From the human T2T-CHM13v2.0 reference genome, Homo sapiens, in the NCBI RefSeq assembly GCF_009914755.1, contig NC_060937.1: DNA of 64,000 nt, one strand, 5' to 3'. A program made the position numbers and the translations under genes. How positions within the stretch are numbered: the stretch's first letter is position 1; each line of letters starts with the position of its first letter. Shown piece by piece: positions 13,809-28,107 of this stretch. The notes beneath the pieces were generated by a model. The model was not told the DNA's origin and ran no database searches. It saw only the letters and a program-made list of their open reading frames with translations.

Positions 13809-16800
13809 TTCTGAAATATTATGGTCACTGCAAATATATATTTTCTATTGTAAATGGATAACGTGGCATTCTGATTTACATGTCATTCTCCTGTGGGGCA
13901 GCTGGAGTGAGAGTCAAGATCTAAAATAAATCATCTCCTTGAGTGAACCTGATAACATTGTGAGTTCCTGAACAGAAATGCCTGAGGCTCTAACTGTGGC
14001 TGTGGTTTCATTTCTCTTTGACATCTAGTAGGCACTTCATAAACGCTTATGGAAAGAATTAATGGGGACCCCAAGGTACTCCAAGGGGCCTTTGCCTGAG
14101 CAGTGGGCAGCATCGTTCTGTTGACTCTTTTTTTTTTAATCTGACAGGATAAGGGACTGAAGCAGGAGAGAGGCACACGCACAGCCAGATGACCCCAGGG
14201 CTCCAAGGGAAGAGCCAGAGAGGCCTCAGCACTTGAGCCTCTGAGGATGCTTTTCCGCTGTCAACACTTGGCTCGGTTTTTTTCCCTGGCTCAGATTCAC
14301 CCTTTTAATCAAATTTCATTTATTCAGTGCCTCGGTGCACTCAGCACTAGTCATTTTTGCTAAATCCCATCTCTTCCTCTAGCACTTTATTTAACTGCAA
14401 CTGAGGCAGAAATACTTGGATGAGGGCTTAGCAGGAACCCACAGGGGTTAGCTGCTGGCAGCCTTTGTTTGCAGGGGGGAATCCAAGGACACGCTCTCCT
14501 TGTCCCTGCCCGTTGATGGCGTCCTTCCCCCATTCCACCTTTCATCCTGGCCTCTTTGCATTTCTGGGGTTTCATCCTTTATTTTAGACAAATTGATTGT
14601 TTTCTCTGCAAAAGGTCTCCCTGCCAACCCACTTGCACCTTCCTTCATTCTTCTGCACCTTCAACATGCCCTTGTTGGTAAGTAGTGGATGTGAATCCTT
14701 GTGCATGGGAGGCTTACAGCCTAGTGGTTCTTTCTAGTAGGACTCCCTTTTGGTTGAGAAGATCCAGGCTGTTGGTTCTCGACCTTTTGCAAATCTCAGG
14801 AAAGAAGGAAATGTGTGTGCCAGCCTAGTTGCTGGAATGTCTGGGACTCTCTGCTGTTTGTTGGGGAGTCCACCATACAGGAGGTTTACAAGTGCCACCA
14901 TTCCCTTTGTAAGGATTCTGAGAGGCTTGCAAAAATCAGCTGTGATTCAAATTAAGTCCTAGTTCTCTGGCTCATCTGGATCCCCCAGGGAGCATCTAGA
15001 ACCCTCCCCTGGTCAGGCCTAGCCTTTGCAGAGTTGATTGCCAGAAGAAGCTGCTGGAGCTTCTGTCCACCCTCCTTGCAATGACCTCCTGTCTTTGTGC
15101 TGATTCAGGCTGTGCAAACAGCCTAATGAAATGGCGTTACAAGCTTCCAGAATTTTTGTCAAAGCAGTTTGTTTTCCCATATATATATATAGCCCTGTAC
15201 TGTAAGCATCTACTAATACCTTACAAAAAATATAAAAGGAGCTTGAAAAGTGTTCATCCTTCTACTTTTTAGGGCAACAAAATATTTGATTCCACAAAGG
15301 GACAAGTAAATAATATCTATGGGAAGACATTAAGAAGATAGATTTTGTTCCTTCCCCTGCCACAAAAAAGTGAAGCTGGCATTGCATTTTTTGAGCTCAG
15401 CAGACTAGAATCAGGCCTTCTAGAGTGAACCCTGAGTGTCCTGCCTTGAGTGCATTTTAGTCTGGTGTGGAGTTGCAGGCCTCCTTCCACCGTGTAATAT
15501 TAGTAGTGCTCTCCACTGTGACAGAATGCAGCAGGCACGATTCGTCAGCCCATTCAACTCACAGAAAATGTGACCTCATCAAAGACAATGGCATCAGGTC
15601 CCTCCCACACTTCCTCACCTGTTCCACATATTTTCTATAATGCATCCATAAAATGCCTCCACATCAATGCTCCAGTGAGGATAAGAATTTGATTTCACAA
15701 GTAGAAAAACATTCGGAGGAATGTCCAGCAGTCAAATCAACCTACTTTCAGATTTGTGGGATTATTTCTGAAAACATGATATGTAGACTTTCATTACTTT
15801 GTAAATACATGCTATTAAATTTACGGCTTAATTCTGGCATGTAATGTGGCTAAATTATGGTTGCTTTGTGGATCATAACTTCCCTGCATGGATTCTAAAT
15901 CTTTATCTTGCATGAATATACACGTTTTTTTCTCCTTTTGCCCTGAGTCATTCTAATTTTTTACAAAGTGAACTTCAGACTCAGAAAAGTGCTGGCGTCT
16001 CCAGGCACACCCCCAGCTCCAGAGCTCTTTGCAGAGAGTACAGAATTGATCCTCTGGCTGAAGCATCCTCTGCAGTGCAGACTGACAGTGCAGAACACGG
16101 CCCTGGGAAAGAAGCATTTCAATCTGCTTGTAGGAGGGAGCTTCAAGGACAGGCCTGCGACACACCCGGTGACTGAGCGTGGTGGTTGCTGCGGAAGCTG
16201 CTCTGATTCCCAGTCTCAAAATACCTTTGGCCAGGGGTCTGTTGGGACTGCAGGGAGCTCACCCAAGAAGCACCCAAGGCTCAGGTAGGGCTCAGTGCTT
16301 TCTGTTGGATGGTCCCAACCACTGCCATCCTTCCTACCAATGCTGGACCTTCCTCCAAGGCCCGCTTCTGTTTTTCTGCTCTGAACTGTATCCCACCCAC
16401 TAGCCTGGAGTTTGAAAAAAAGCAAACAGGCCAGACAAATTTTACACCCTCTCAGAACGTTTAATGGAGTTGAGATCAGCCTCCTTCCCCACGTCCCCAG
16501 GAACTCCCATCATCCCTCTCCTGCCAAACTCAGGGACCTTAGCTCAAACAGAGGATGCTCGAGTGACTTCATCAATTAAATATAGGACGTCCAGAAAGGA
16601 AAGTGACCATGTTCTCTGCATGCGATTCTCCATCCTAGCTGAACGAGGATAATCATAACTCGTGAGTGGCTCTATTTTAGCTGGCTTCTTCAGCGTGCCA
16701 AGGTCTTGACACAAGATGCACCCCGAAGCTGTGGCAAGTGCCCCAACTGGCCTCTGTGTCCACCCAAAGGACTTTTGAGGTTATCTGTCCCTTTTGCCCT

Positions 16801-17441
16801 GTGCCCAAACCATTCCCTGTGGACCTGTTATTGGTCCACCTCTCATTTCTGAAATGTGTGTACCGGCCTAGTTGCTGGGATGTCTGGGACCACTCTGCCA
16901 TCTTTTTAATGCAGCAGAACTTTGAGACAGGAAGCTGGCTGCTCTTTCGGGTTTAGAGCAGTTTGCACAGGGTCACATGAAGTTAGTGCCTTTCATATTT
17001 TCTGAAGATGCCCTCATTTGCAGTGATCACCTGGTTTTATTTTTTCTATAAAGAATCTTAAGGGACACGGCATTTCTACATTTGCTCATGCATGATGACA
17101 ATTCTTTGGTCATGTTTTGGCTTAAACTGAGCTTAAGTAAGTGGCTAAGAAACATCTATCACAACTGAAAAATCTTTCATGCCACTCTTCTTGCCACAGT
17201 GATTCCCTTTCCTCCAGTTAATAAACAGTGCTTGGGGAGGCGTTCCCTGGAAATAGTCGCCCAGAGTTCATCTGCTGCCTCTGCCCAGGGCTCCCTCCCT
17301 TGGCTCCTCTGGGGGTGCGGTGTGTGGTTGTTCATGGGCGAGAGGACTGCCCGGCTCCAAACAGAGATTAGGTGACAGGCCACAGCAGCAGAAGCACCAG
17401 CCTGGCTTTCTCTTAAGGAAGCAGGGTCTTGTGAATGTCAT

Positions 17442-18299
17442 AACAAACAACCCCATCAAAAAGTGGGCAAAGGATATGAACAGACACTTCTCAAAAGAAG
17501 ACATTTATGCAGCCAAAAGACACATGAAAAAATGCTCATCATCACTGGCCATCAGAGAAATGCAAATCAAAACCACAATGAGATACCATCTCACACCAGT
17601 TAGAATGGCGATCATTAAAAAGTCAGGAAACAACAGGTGCTGGAGAGGATGTGGAGAAATAGGAACACTTTTACACTGTTGGTGGGACTGTAAACTAGTT
17701 CAACCCTTGTGGAAGTCAGTGTGGCGATTCCTCAGGGATCTAGAACTAGAAATACCATTTGACCCAGCCATCCCATTACTGGGTATATACCCAAAGGACT
17801 ATAAATCATGCTGCTATAAAGACACACGCACACGTATGTTTATTGCGGCACTATTCACAATAGCAAAGACTTGGAACCAACCCAAATGTCCAGCAATGAT
17901 AGACTGGATTAAGAAAATGTGGCACATACACACCATGGAATACTGTGCAGCCATAAAAAATGATGAGTTCATGTCCTTTGTAGGGACATGGATGAAATTG
18001 GAAATCATCATTCTCAGTAAACTATCACAAGGACAAAAAACCAAACACTGCATGTTCTCACTCACAGGTGGGAATTGAACAATGAGAACACATGGACACA
18101 GGAAGGGGAACATCACACACCGGGGCCTGTTGTGGGGTGGGTGGAGGGGGGAAGGATAGCATTAGGAGATATACTTAATGCTAAATGACGAGTTAATGGG
18201 TGCAACACACCAGCATGGCACATGTATACATATGTAACTAACTGGCACATTGTGCACAAGTACCCTAAAACTTAAAGTATAATAATAATTTTAAAAAAA
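17442..18299 (+). mobile_element. 5'-truncated L1PA (PA3-PA5-like) LINE-1, 3' ~860 bp
   Basis: ORF2 C-terminus, L1 3'UTR G-rich tract, 'ctaaatgacgagttaatgggtgc' (GAG type), 'cttaaagtataat' and an A-rich tail. Confidence 0.95.
17443..18078 (+). pseudogene. LINE-1 ORF2p C-terminal fragment (about 211 codons, no stops)
   Basis: [20 protein letters not shown]...[18 protein letters not shown] (cysteine-rich CCHC motif)...MFSLTGGN*; no endonuclease or RT domain. Confidence 0.9.
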
Positions 18300-19801
18300 T
18301 GCTCTGCTGGTAAGAAAACAGCAGGGAAGCAAATCTCCCCACTGTGGCCTGAGTTGGAGAGAGTGCTGGGGTGTTGGTTGGAAGCCACATGCTGCTTTCA
18401 GTCTCTTTCCATGTGTTTGCTGGAGGAGGTCCCGCCTGCTGCCAGCCTCGCTTCATCCCTGCTCTGTTATTCTTCCTATTGGAGATTTGTTCCCCAGCCC
18501 CTGCTTCTCATGAGTAGATTGGGGCATGGCTGGAAAAGACACCTCTTTATTCCAGAGCATTGATCATTTTCAGAACACAAGGTTGACATTTCTTAAACCT
18601 GGCCATTATGGCACAAGGAAATAGGCTGGCATCGGATGGCAAGGCAGAGTTGGCCCGGCCTCGTGGGACTGGCACCCCTAGTTGTACCTGCCCTGTCCTC
18701 TCCCCTCTTGGCTGTGCCTTTCAGAGGGCACTCCTGGCCACACAGGCAGGGCGCACCCCAGCTGCGGGTCTCCGATACCAGATGCTGGAATGTGTTTTTC
18801 CAGCAGCAGCTGTGGCAGCGGTGGCAGGAGCAGCATGGGGCATGTGGAACTCACTCCCTTCCTGGCTCCTTCTCAAGCTTCTCCGCTGGCTCTCCTGCAG
18901 AACTTTTGCTTAAGAGGACAGGCTGACAATCTGCTGGCTGCTTTGCTGGATGCCATTGTGTTTTGACTTGCTTTTGATGGCACAGACTTTATTGGCTCTG
19001 GGTGTAAAGTTTCTGTGCAAACCTTTGCTACGGTGCGTGCCGAGTCAGTGAGTTCAATGTCCATCAGAAGGCCTTGCCATGTCTCTTAATCCTCTGGGTC
19101 TTTCAGGGAGATGGATGAGCCAGCTAGAAATAATTTGGAGCTGGCAGGAGAAGACGAGCCGAATTCTCCTCCTGGGCATGGAGAGAGGGCCAATCTAAAG
19201 GCATAGAGGGGAACCTTGTATATCCTTGGATGTCCTCGTGCACGGGATGGGTTTCTTTCTCTCCTCCTCACATTACCCGTGCAAGCAGTATCATGTGTTT
19301 CCTGGGTTCCAGAGTCCTACAAAGTGGGTGGAGTGAGAGGCAGAAATTCCATTCACTGCTCAGCAATTCAGAGGCATCGACTGCCAAGTCAAGAGTTTCC
19401 TCTCAGACATCTTTTGGAAGCTTTGCAGCCGGAGAATTTGGGTTCCATAAAGCTGATGGCAGATGGGAGGAGGGGAGGGAGATAAGACTGTCTCTCTGGA
19501 ATGGGAGAACACCATGATACTGCAGGACCCAGCCCCTGCTCTGTGTAAGCTAGCTTTGAGGCAAGTTACTGAATGATTAGGCACAGATGTTGGGAGAGCT
19601 AACAGATCTTTTTGTCTTCTGTGCCCAGCAGGACTTCATTTCAAATGACTCCTTGTGGACAAAGAGAAGAAATTGACCTTGAGAAGTTTCACTTGCTGTG
19701 ATAGGAAGACGATCTAGGCGTGCTTTGGGTGTGGCTAGATTTCCTTTTACGGCTGCAGCCCCGTTTCTCATCACCTGCCCCTCACATTCTTTTCTCTGGC
19801 C

Positions 19802-20223
19802 TGTTCCACAGTGGGCAGGTCTATGCAAACCTACTCACAAAGTCCGAGGAAGCCAACAGGCTGAAGAAAGAGGCTGATGTATCCAGTTTCTCAGAAAGAA
19901 ACATTTAATAGGGACTTACGAACAGGAGCCCCGTCAGCATCTCAGGTGGCGGTGAGACAGGATGGTGGGTCCCCTGCTCCATGACCCCCAGACCCAGGGC
20001 TTATAGATCACAGGGAGGGTTGGTTCAGAAGGGAGGTGCAGGACGATTGAAGTATGATAACATCAAGGTTGGCTGACCTAAGGGCAGGATTTACAGTAAG
20101 TACTTGCTCTTATACAGGGAACAATAGACAGACTGGAAATCTTAGAGGTGTGCCTGGAACAGAGGTTAATCAGAAGCCAGTATGATGGATCATCCTCCAG
20201 ATGGAGTCACTGTAGCCTCCAAA
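19802..20223 (-). mobile_element. Solo LTR, LTR47-like (ERVL)
   Basis: Begins tgttccacagtg and ends gcctccaaa; perfect 5-bp TSD tggcc (19797-19801, 20224-20228); homologous to 58688-59428. Family name from recall. Confidence 0.75.
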
Positions 20224-20879
20224 TGGCCACTGCAGTTCTCTGCATGCACCGTCCCTCCTTCCCCCCCGGCCTCTGCACATACTGTTCCCCCTCTTTGAGC
20301 TCGTCCTCCCCTCTTCATACCAGACTGTCTCAAGTCATCTGACAGATCTCAGCTGCCACATCACCTCCTCCAGAGAGCCTTCACAGATGCCCAAGGATTC
20401 ACATAACAACCTGGGCTTCTCTCCACTAGAGGCCACCTCCACTAGGTTCTACTTTATGCCTCTGACTCCTCTTCTAGCTTGTTCAGCTTTGCTCAGGAAA
20501 GGACTCCTAGATAGTGATTGTTAGACTTTCAGATAAATATTTGCTGATGTTGAATGCAGGTCTAGGGCTATCGTCCCTTCCTATCTAGACTCATATTATG
20601 TCCCAAACATCTTGTAAGTAAAAATTAATGTAATAACTGCTACCACTTCCTGAGCATTCACTATGTTCAGGAGACCACAGAAGAATCCATAGGAACCATC
20701 CATACATTATTCTGACAACAGCGCTGCAATCTAAGTGCCCAAGTTTCTGATTTGCACACTGCACCATGCTGATGATGGAGCCCCTCTCCCAGGAAGCAGA
20801 GAGGGAGCGGCTTGGTGGCACTGGGACTTAGCCTTCCTTTGGCCCTATCCACTTCTTTCGCTCTGCTAGCAACCTAGCA

Positions 20880-21262
20880 TATCAGGCAGGGTCAGGTGGA
20901 TTACGCTGCAATAACAAACACCAAAGAGCCTCCAATTTCAGCAGCTTTACAAAATCTCTGTATTTCTCATCCACACTGTGTACTTGTCTCACATATGTGT
21001 GATGCTCTGCTCACTGTCGTTTCTCAGGGACCCTGGATGATGACACTGCTGCCAAGTCAAATGTTGAGGTCCCACGAAAAGGAAACTGAGCAATGGAGCA
21101 TCTTCCATCATCGATGAAGCACTTCAGTCACTATTCATCACAACTCGTTGGCTATATGGAGCCTCTCGGTCCTACCTATAAAAGAAGGGCTAAACAATTT
21201 AATTCTCCCTGTCTTCAAAATGAGAAGACAATAGTTAGGCATGAGCTAGCTACCATTAATTA
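20880..21262 (-). mobile_element. Old MaLR LTR (MLT1I/J-like)
   Basis: 'ggattacgctgcaataacaaaca...aatttcagcagctttacaaaa...tatttctc' resembles the MLT1 end. Approximate. Confidence 0.5.
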
Positions 21263-21400
21263 CTGTTCCATTGGGTACTATATACTCGCAGATATGGATA
21301 CAAAGGATGGTTCCGGGTGGTGCAGGAATCCAGCTGTCCTTCCTTCAGGACTCTGTTTCTCCATCATCACTGAAGGTTTACAAATGAATAGCTTCACGTA

Positions 21401-22233
21401 CAGTAAGTCCTCACTTAAGGTCACCAATAGATTCTTGGAAACCGTGACTTTAAGCAAAATAACATACAATAAATCTAACCTTAAATAAAATCAGTTAATC
21501 TGATATAAACGAGTGAAATTCCTAGGACACATTTCTGTTCACAAAAACATCACCAAACTTCTAAATAAAGACCCAAAACACTGCAAGTATTAAACGTTGA
21601 AATAAATGTGAGCTATACATTTAAGAAAAATTAATAAAGACAAATAAGAGAATATACCCGAGTTTTGCTGCAACAGTGAGTGACGGTGGTCATAGTGGTA
21701 GTTGGTTAAACTAAGGAAGAAATATTTGCAAAGCAAAACTTGTAAGGAGCACCTCTTTGCAGCGCAAAAACAAGCCATCATGAATACGAGGGGCTTGTTG
21801 AGCTCTTTCAGACCTCATTGTTTATTGTTGTGCATCATCTGTGTGGTTATTGTAGACTTGATGCATTTTTATTTTACAAGAATTTGTGAAATTTTTTTCA
21901 TTCATTCATTCACTTATTCATTTTCTAACACACTTATTCCAGCTCAGAGTCAAGGTGCAAGGGGGGAATGAGTCCTGGCCAGGATGCCATCCCATTGCAG
22001 GGTACACACACTCTCACACACCCACACTCACTCAGACTGGGACCAATGAACCTAATGTGCACAGCTTTGGGATGTGGGAGGAAATGGGAGTACTCAGAGA
22101 AAACCCACACAGACATGGGGAGAACTGCACACACCACACTGACAGTGACCCCAGCTGGAATCAGTTTTTTTTTTCTCACCAATATTATAATGAAATGACA
22201 TTGAATGACACGATGTTATTTGAGGACCTGCAG
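21401..22233 (-). mobile_element. MER6 TcMar-Tigger non-autonomous DNA transposon, near full length
   Basis: Terminal inverted repeats cagtaagtcctca / tgaggacctgcag flanked by TA on both sides (21399-21400, 22234-22235); internal 'gggatgtgggaggaaa...gaaaacccacacagacatggggagaa' typical of MER6. Confidence 0.85.
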
Positions 22234-23400
22234 TATATTACTTTTTACCTTGGATCAATGTAGTATCTTAAAGGGGTCTCAGTCCAGGGTGTAGTTACGA
22301 ATACAGATTAAAGGTAAAGACAACCTGTAACATCTGCCAATTCATTTCCATTCCTTTCAGCCACGTTGAAGTGAACTTATAATAGCAAATCTCTTGGCTG
22401 TAAAAATTAGCAGCCTAAAAAACACATCAGAAGCGCAGTCATTCATATTTCCAACTGGCCTGCAGCTCTGCCATGCAGCCCCCGCCTGGGGCTTGCATGT
22501 GAGTGCCAGTATGTATGGCTTGTGTTGTCATCATTCACGTTATTTATTTCAAAAATTCAGAGTGTTCATGAAATGCAGGGATTCCTAGAATTCCTGTATT
22601 TCAGTGCCAGGGTGAGCAGTTTTCCCAGTGTTGGAAGCTCTTCTTTCCCATGGCACATCTCTCTCAGGGGCGGGGCTGCGGATAGGGAAGGCTGATTTAT
22701 TTCTTTGGAGCATCCTACCTCTTATTCTGATATTTTGAATGCTGAACATTTTTAGAAGCTTGTGTCCTGGTATCTCATGAAAATCTCGATATTGGTTTAT
22801 TTAGTAAGTCGGTCAGGTTGTCAGCAGCGAGTGCCTGCCAGGTGCCAGGAGCTGGAGATGCAGAAGCCACTGGGCCTGAGTTTCTGCCCTCAAGGGTTTC
22901 ACACTCCAGTGAAGAGTTAAAAAACAAATAGACAAGAAGGGAAGGATTTAGAGGCCATTGTTATTACTTTTTTTTCTGAGCAAACAGTATAAACTTAGGG
23001 GGTTATGTTCAAAGTAAAAAATACTTGGACTTTTCTACTGATCTTTAACCCTTCTTTAATATCCATAATCCCTTATGAATTCATTTGTAAGATCAAAATA
23101 TTCAATTTGGTAGATGGAATATTCCTTGAGAAGGCTGTCTTGGTACCCATATGCTTTGTAGATTGTCTAGAACACAAGAGGTGCCCAGTAGATATGTCGG
23201 AATGAATAAATTCAGAAATCAAGGATAATATAACTGGAGCCAAATATGCTGGTAACTTTTAACTAAATACTCACTTCTAGGAATTTAAAGATGAGAAAGA
23301 CAACCTCCTTGGCCTCTAGGGGGGAATAGTTTTGCAACATATATACTGTATGTAGGCATAGTTTAAATATAACTTGTATAAGTAAATATAATAATCATTT

Positions 23401-23520
23401 TGTGTTTGTGTGTGTGTGTGTTGTGTGTGTGTGTTTGTGAGTGTGTTTTTGTGTGTGTTTGTGTGTTTTTGTGTGTGTGTGTGTTTTTGTGTGTCAGTGT
23501 GTGTGTGTGTGTGTGTGTGT
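23401..23520. repeat. Interrupted (TG)n/(TTTG) simple repeat
   Basis: Read directly. Confidence 0.9.
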
Positions 23521-25108
23521 CATGGACGCCTATGCCTAGGCTGCTATGAAACTGCAGTTCAACACCATTCACTTAATGAGAATGTCTTTCTAAAGAACCC
23601 AGCACCCCTTAATGACCTCAGAGTACTCAGGCAGGGAAATGAGTGCACGCGCAGCCACACCAAATTGCTGGTTTGCCTTGGTATCTGGTCTCCGGTGGAA
23701 CTCTTGGGCAGGCGGCAGAGCGCAAATCCTTGCCGCTCCATGGATGGTTTATGTAGACGGCCAGCTTTAATTTTAGCTTGAACAAACAAACAAATAATCT
23801 GTGGTTATATATAAAAATTGTGCTATAAATTCAATTTAAGAGCAACTTAAATGTTCTGTTCATGAAGTATGCAAAACCCACCTGGATATTACGCCTTACA
23901 AAAGAAATAGCTTCAAGAAATAAACTGGGGATGTCTGTTTCTTTTTCTTAAGAGCTTCTCACCCAAGAAGAGCCAAATGAAGGGAAGGACGGCCGCCTTC
24001 CCCTCTGCTCTTAGGGTTATACTGGGAGCATAATTAAAGTGGGAAGTTGGTTGTAACCCACATGCATTTAGAAGCCTGGGCTCTAAATGTTTTTGTTTAT
24101 GTTTATGTAAATGTTTTTCAGATTTCCCTTCTACAGAGGCAAATGCAATCCTGACAATTAGTTATTGACAGAGGACAAATACTTCCTGCAGGCAAAGGCA
24201 ACGTGGAGTTATCATCATTTTGGACAGGGCCAAACTGATAAGGGGGCTCTCTTCTCAGAAGAATGTCTCTCTGTTTGGAAGTTCACAATCCACTCTATGG
24301 GATTAAACAGAAGAATAAATTATCCTTGCTTTATCCTTTGAGTATCTGCTGAAAAGATCAGCGTTGAGTGGATATTGGATCCTCTTTACTTAGTTTAGAC
24401 AGGTGAGGAAAAGCAACCCTGTGTCAGGGAACATGTCACCCAAGACAGGAGCTTAGAGATGATTTCTTTCTGCTCAGGGCAGGGCTTAATGGAAGAAAAC
24501 AATTCCCTGCTTCTTGCTGCATTCTCAGGAACCCAGGGCATGTGCTTGCACTTCGAGGACCTTTCTGCTCTGTTTCTTGCAGAGGAGTATGGAGAATGTC
24601 TGGGGAGACACAGAAAAAAACAAAGACTCAGGAAAACAGATGTTCAAGACTCCCTGGAACGGCAGCCGATATATCCCAAGTGTCCGCAAACCTGAGGCCA
24701 GTGAATCGCCCCCTCTCCCATGGCTGATCACCCTGGTGAAATTGAGGCCCCAGAACCGCGGTCCCACCACTGTGAGACCCCAGGCCAAGCCCTTGCCTGG
24801 AAACCAGCTGTCTTCCCCCAGGACATAAAGACACGTCCTTTATGTTAGATGCTGTCCGTCCTACATCACAACATGGTTGTGGTGATACCCGAATGGAATG
24901 GTGCACGTGAAATCACGCTGTAAGCGTGTTCAGCCTTGCGCTGGCACAAACACGTATCTTTCTCTTACTGCCTCGACCCTGGGGCCAGTGTCCCTGTTTG
25001 CATCCTCCACAATCACTCAACACACCTTCCTACTCTATTCCCTAACCCTTTCCAAAGAAGGCAACAGAGTCTGGTATTTCAGTTTTGGGGAAATTATTAA
25101 AAACACTT

Positions 25109-25417
25109 GGCTGGGCAAGGTGGCTCATGCCTGTAATCCCAGCACTTTGGGAGGCTGAGGCCAGAAGATCACTTGAGGCCAGGAGTTTGAGACCAGCCTT
25201 GATAGTATAGGGAGACCCTGTCTCTATAAAATAAATAAAAAATAAATTAGCTGGGCACTGTGGCTCATGCCTGTAGTCCCAGCTACTTGGGAGGCTCAGG
25301 CGGGAGGATCACTTAAGCCCAGGCAGTTGAGGCAACAGTGAGCCGAGATCGTGCCACTGGACTCCAGCCTGTGTGACAGACGAAGACCCTGTCTCTAAAA
25401 ACAAACAAAACAAAACA
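25109..25417 (+). mobile_element. AluJ
   Basis: Dimer with J-type 'aggatcacttaagcccagg' and 'agaccctgtctct'; (CAAAA)n tail. Confidence 0.92.
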
Positions 25418-27734
25418 GTAGGAGTTTGATCCCAAAAGCAGGAATTTCCACAGCAAATAGAGTGGAGCTGGGCAAAGCCACGTCGATGAGCTGAAAAGTA
25501 TGAAAAGCCAGATTCTGGCAGAACAGCCTACCCACGTTTGATACTGTGCCTTTGTCTACTGTTTGGAATCTAATTGGTGGTCTCATAGTCTTTGAATGCG
25601 AAGGCTTCTCATTACAGTGCCTTCAATGAGCCCCAGGTTTGTCCTGGGATTGTTAATGTTAAAATGCTACAATAGATCATTCTATACGCCTGACACAATT
25701 CATGATGCCCTTTCACAAAATGTAGCTCGGGTCTCTTGAAATGGCACACGCAGGTAGCTGGCTGGGTCCTGCCTCACGCTCTCCTCCTCCGAGGGACCCC
25801 ACATGCTGTAGTAAAGGAGAAAGCAGTCCAGGGCCTGTGGGCAGTGCCTGAGCACGGTGGTGCTCTGATCTGCGGCCGGCCAGTGCAGTTCAAAGCTCTT
25901 GAACGCTTTCCACTTCAAAGCATGTAGGCAGAAATACAAATGGGTAAGCTCACATTATACTTTAGGGAGACATATCCATGATACCAAACTTTAGTATGTG
26001 CTAAAAAATAGGACTCAGTAAATATGGAGATTCCTGGGCCTGGTGCCTAGTGATGCTGGGTCAAAAAGGCTGAAGGCAACCCAGGAATCTACATCTCTGC
26101 AAGCCCTCACGTGATTCCAGTGATGACAGACCCAGGATTATGCTTTGAGGATTAATGGTTGATATTTTGGGTGCAAAAAGGAGCAAATTATTTATTACAG
26201 TACAAGGCAAATTTTCATGGGACAAACACTCAGTGGAGTCACTGTTTGGCAAACTTGCTTCTGATTAAGGAATGGAAGAACCACCCAGGGTGGTCGAGGT
26301 GATTGGTACATGTTATTGGGTGGTTTCTCCTCCTAGCAGACCCAATAGGATGGCTCAGCCTGTGTGAGACAGCGGCTGTCTTAATGAACAGGAACGGTGA
26401 ATGACTCACACACCTGCAGGGCATCTGAGCCAAATGCACTGCCTGGTGCAATGCACAGCCTTACAAGTCCCGTTTCTCACCACAGTGAAGCATCGACTTT
26501 TCAGGGCAGGCAATGCGGTGCCCCCAGAGAGCTGTGGAGGAAGGAGAGACCAGGCAGATTTGTCCTGTGCAGGGACCACGCTGGCTGCAGTGTGGGTGGC
26601 AGGATTTTGAGAGATGTTAGAGACCAGAGCCAGGGAGAGGGTAGGAAGTGCCTGTGGGATTCTAGGGGATGAAGCAGGGCAGTGGTAAGAAGAGTGGGAT
26701 GGAGGGTTGCGGGATATGGAAAAGGGAAGCTCAGACATGCCTGCCTGATGTGGGCGAAGAAGGGCAGGAGCCCAGGAGCTCCCTGGTGGCTGGTGGGCCG
26801 GAGAGAAATGAGTGCAGGAAGGTAAGGACACAGGGGAGCTTGTCTTGGATCTGGAGCTCATTGGGCTGTGGGGCAGTATGGAGAGCCAACCCTGCCCTTC
26901 CCGCTACCCCGGAGGCTTCCATTGCCACCACGTGCACCACCTAAGCTTCCTCACCTGAGCTTTTAGAAGGCAGGTCGCCGTGTCACCTGCTTTGCTGTGG
27001 CTGCCCCAGGTCATGTTCATGTGGCACGTGAGCCATGGTGTGTTTCCACCTCACTCCAGGGCTGCTCTGGGGCCTGTGGCATCATGGGGTGCCTCCTCCT
27101 GAGGGAGAGCAAAGGCCTCCATTTCCCATCTTCCCTGTCCTCAGAGAATACAGTGTTTTTGGCTTCCCAGCAGAATTCCCCTCTGTGTACCTATGTTCCT
27201 GCTCTCATAAGTCCCTGGAGGCGTCCATCTCATCAACTCGAGTCAGTTTCTCGTCACTAACTTACCATACAGGCATGCCAGTCCATGAGACCTAGTGGTC
27301 AGCCTGAGGCATGTCCCTCCAAATCATCGGGCCGTGGTCAGTCTTGGCTCTGGCCTTTTGAAGATCACTTGACAAAATCTTGTCAAGATTTACAGTAACA
27401 AAGACCTAGAAGCAGAGATGTTATTGATTCTGAGGAAATATCAGATTGTGCATTAGCATCAGTGTGTTTGCTTCTGAGGGAGACATTTGATGGGCACATT
27501 TTATTTTGATTCAAAATATGATAATGGCATGCACAGTCCCCATGCTTTCTTGCTGGCACCTTTGCATGAATTGCTGCCAACAGAACTCTTCGAAGCAGTG
27601 CCTTCCCTGGCTCTGGGACTCCTCCGCCTGCCCCGGCAGACTCAGGAGGATCCCACTTGGTGACTGTTGAGTGCTGACATGTCTCGATAGAAGGTGTGAC
27701 TGACTGCTGAGCGGGATTTGCTCTCAGTAGTTTA

Positions 27735-28107
<373 letters not shown>

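Noticed and set aside
17320-18078. 252-aa ORF as a novel chimeric protein
   Set aside because: It is an L1 ORF2 tail. The unique N-terminal part has only a GTG start and no supporting promoter or splice evidence.
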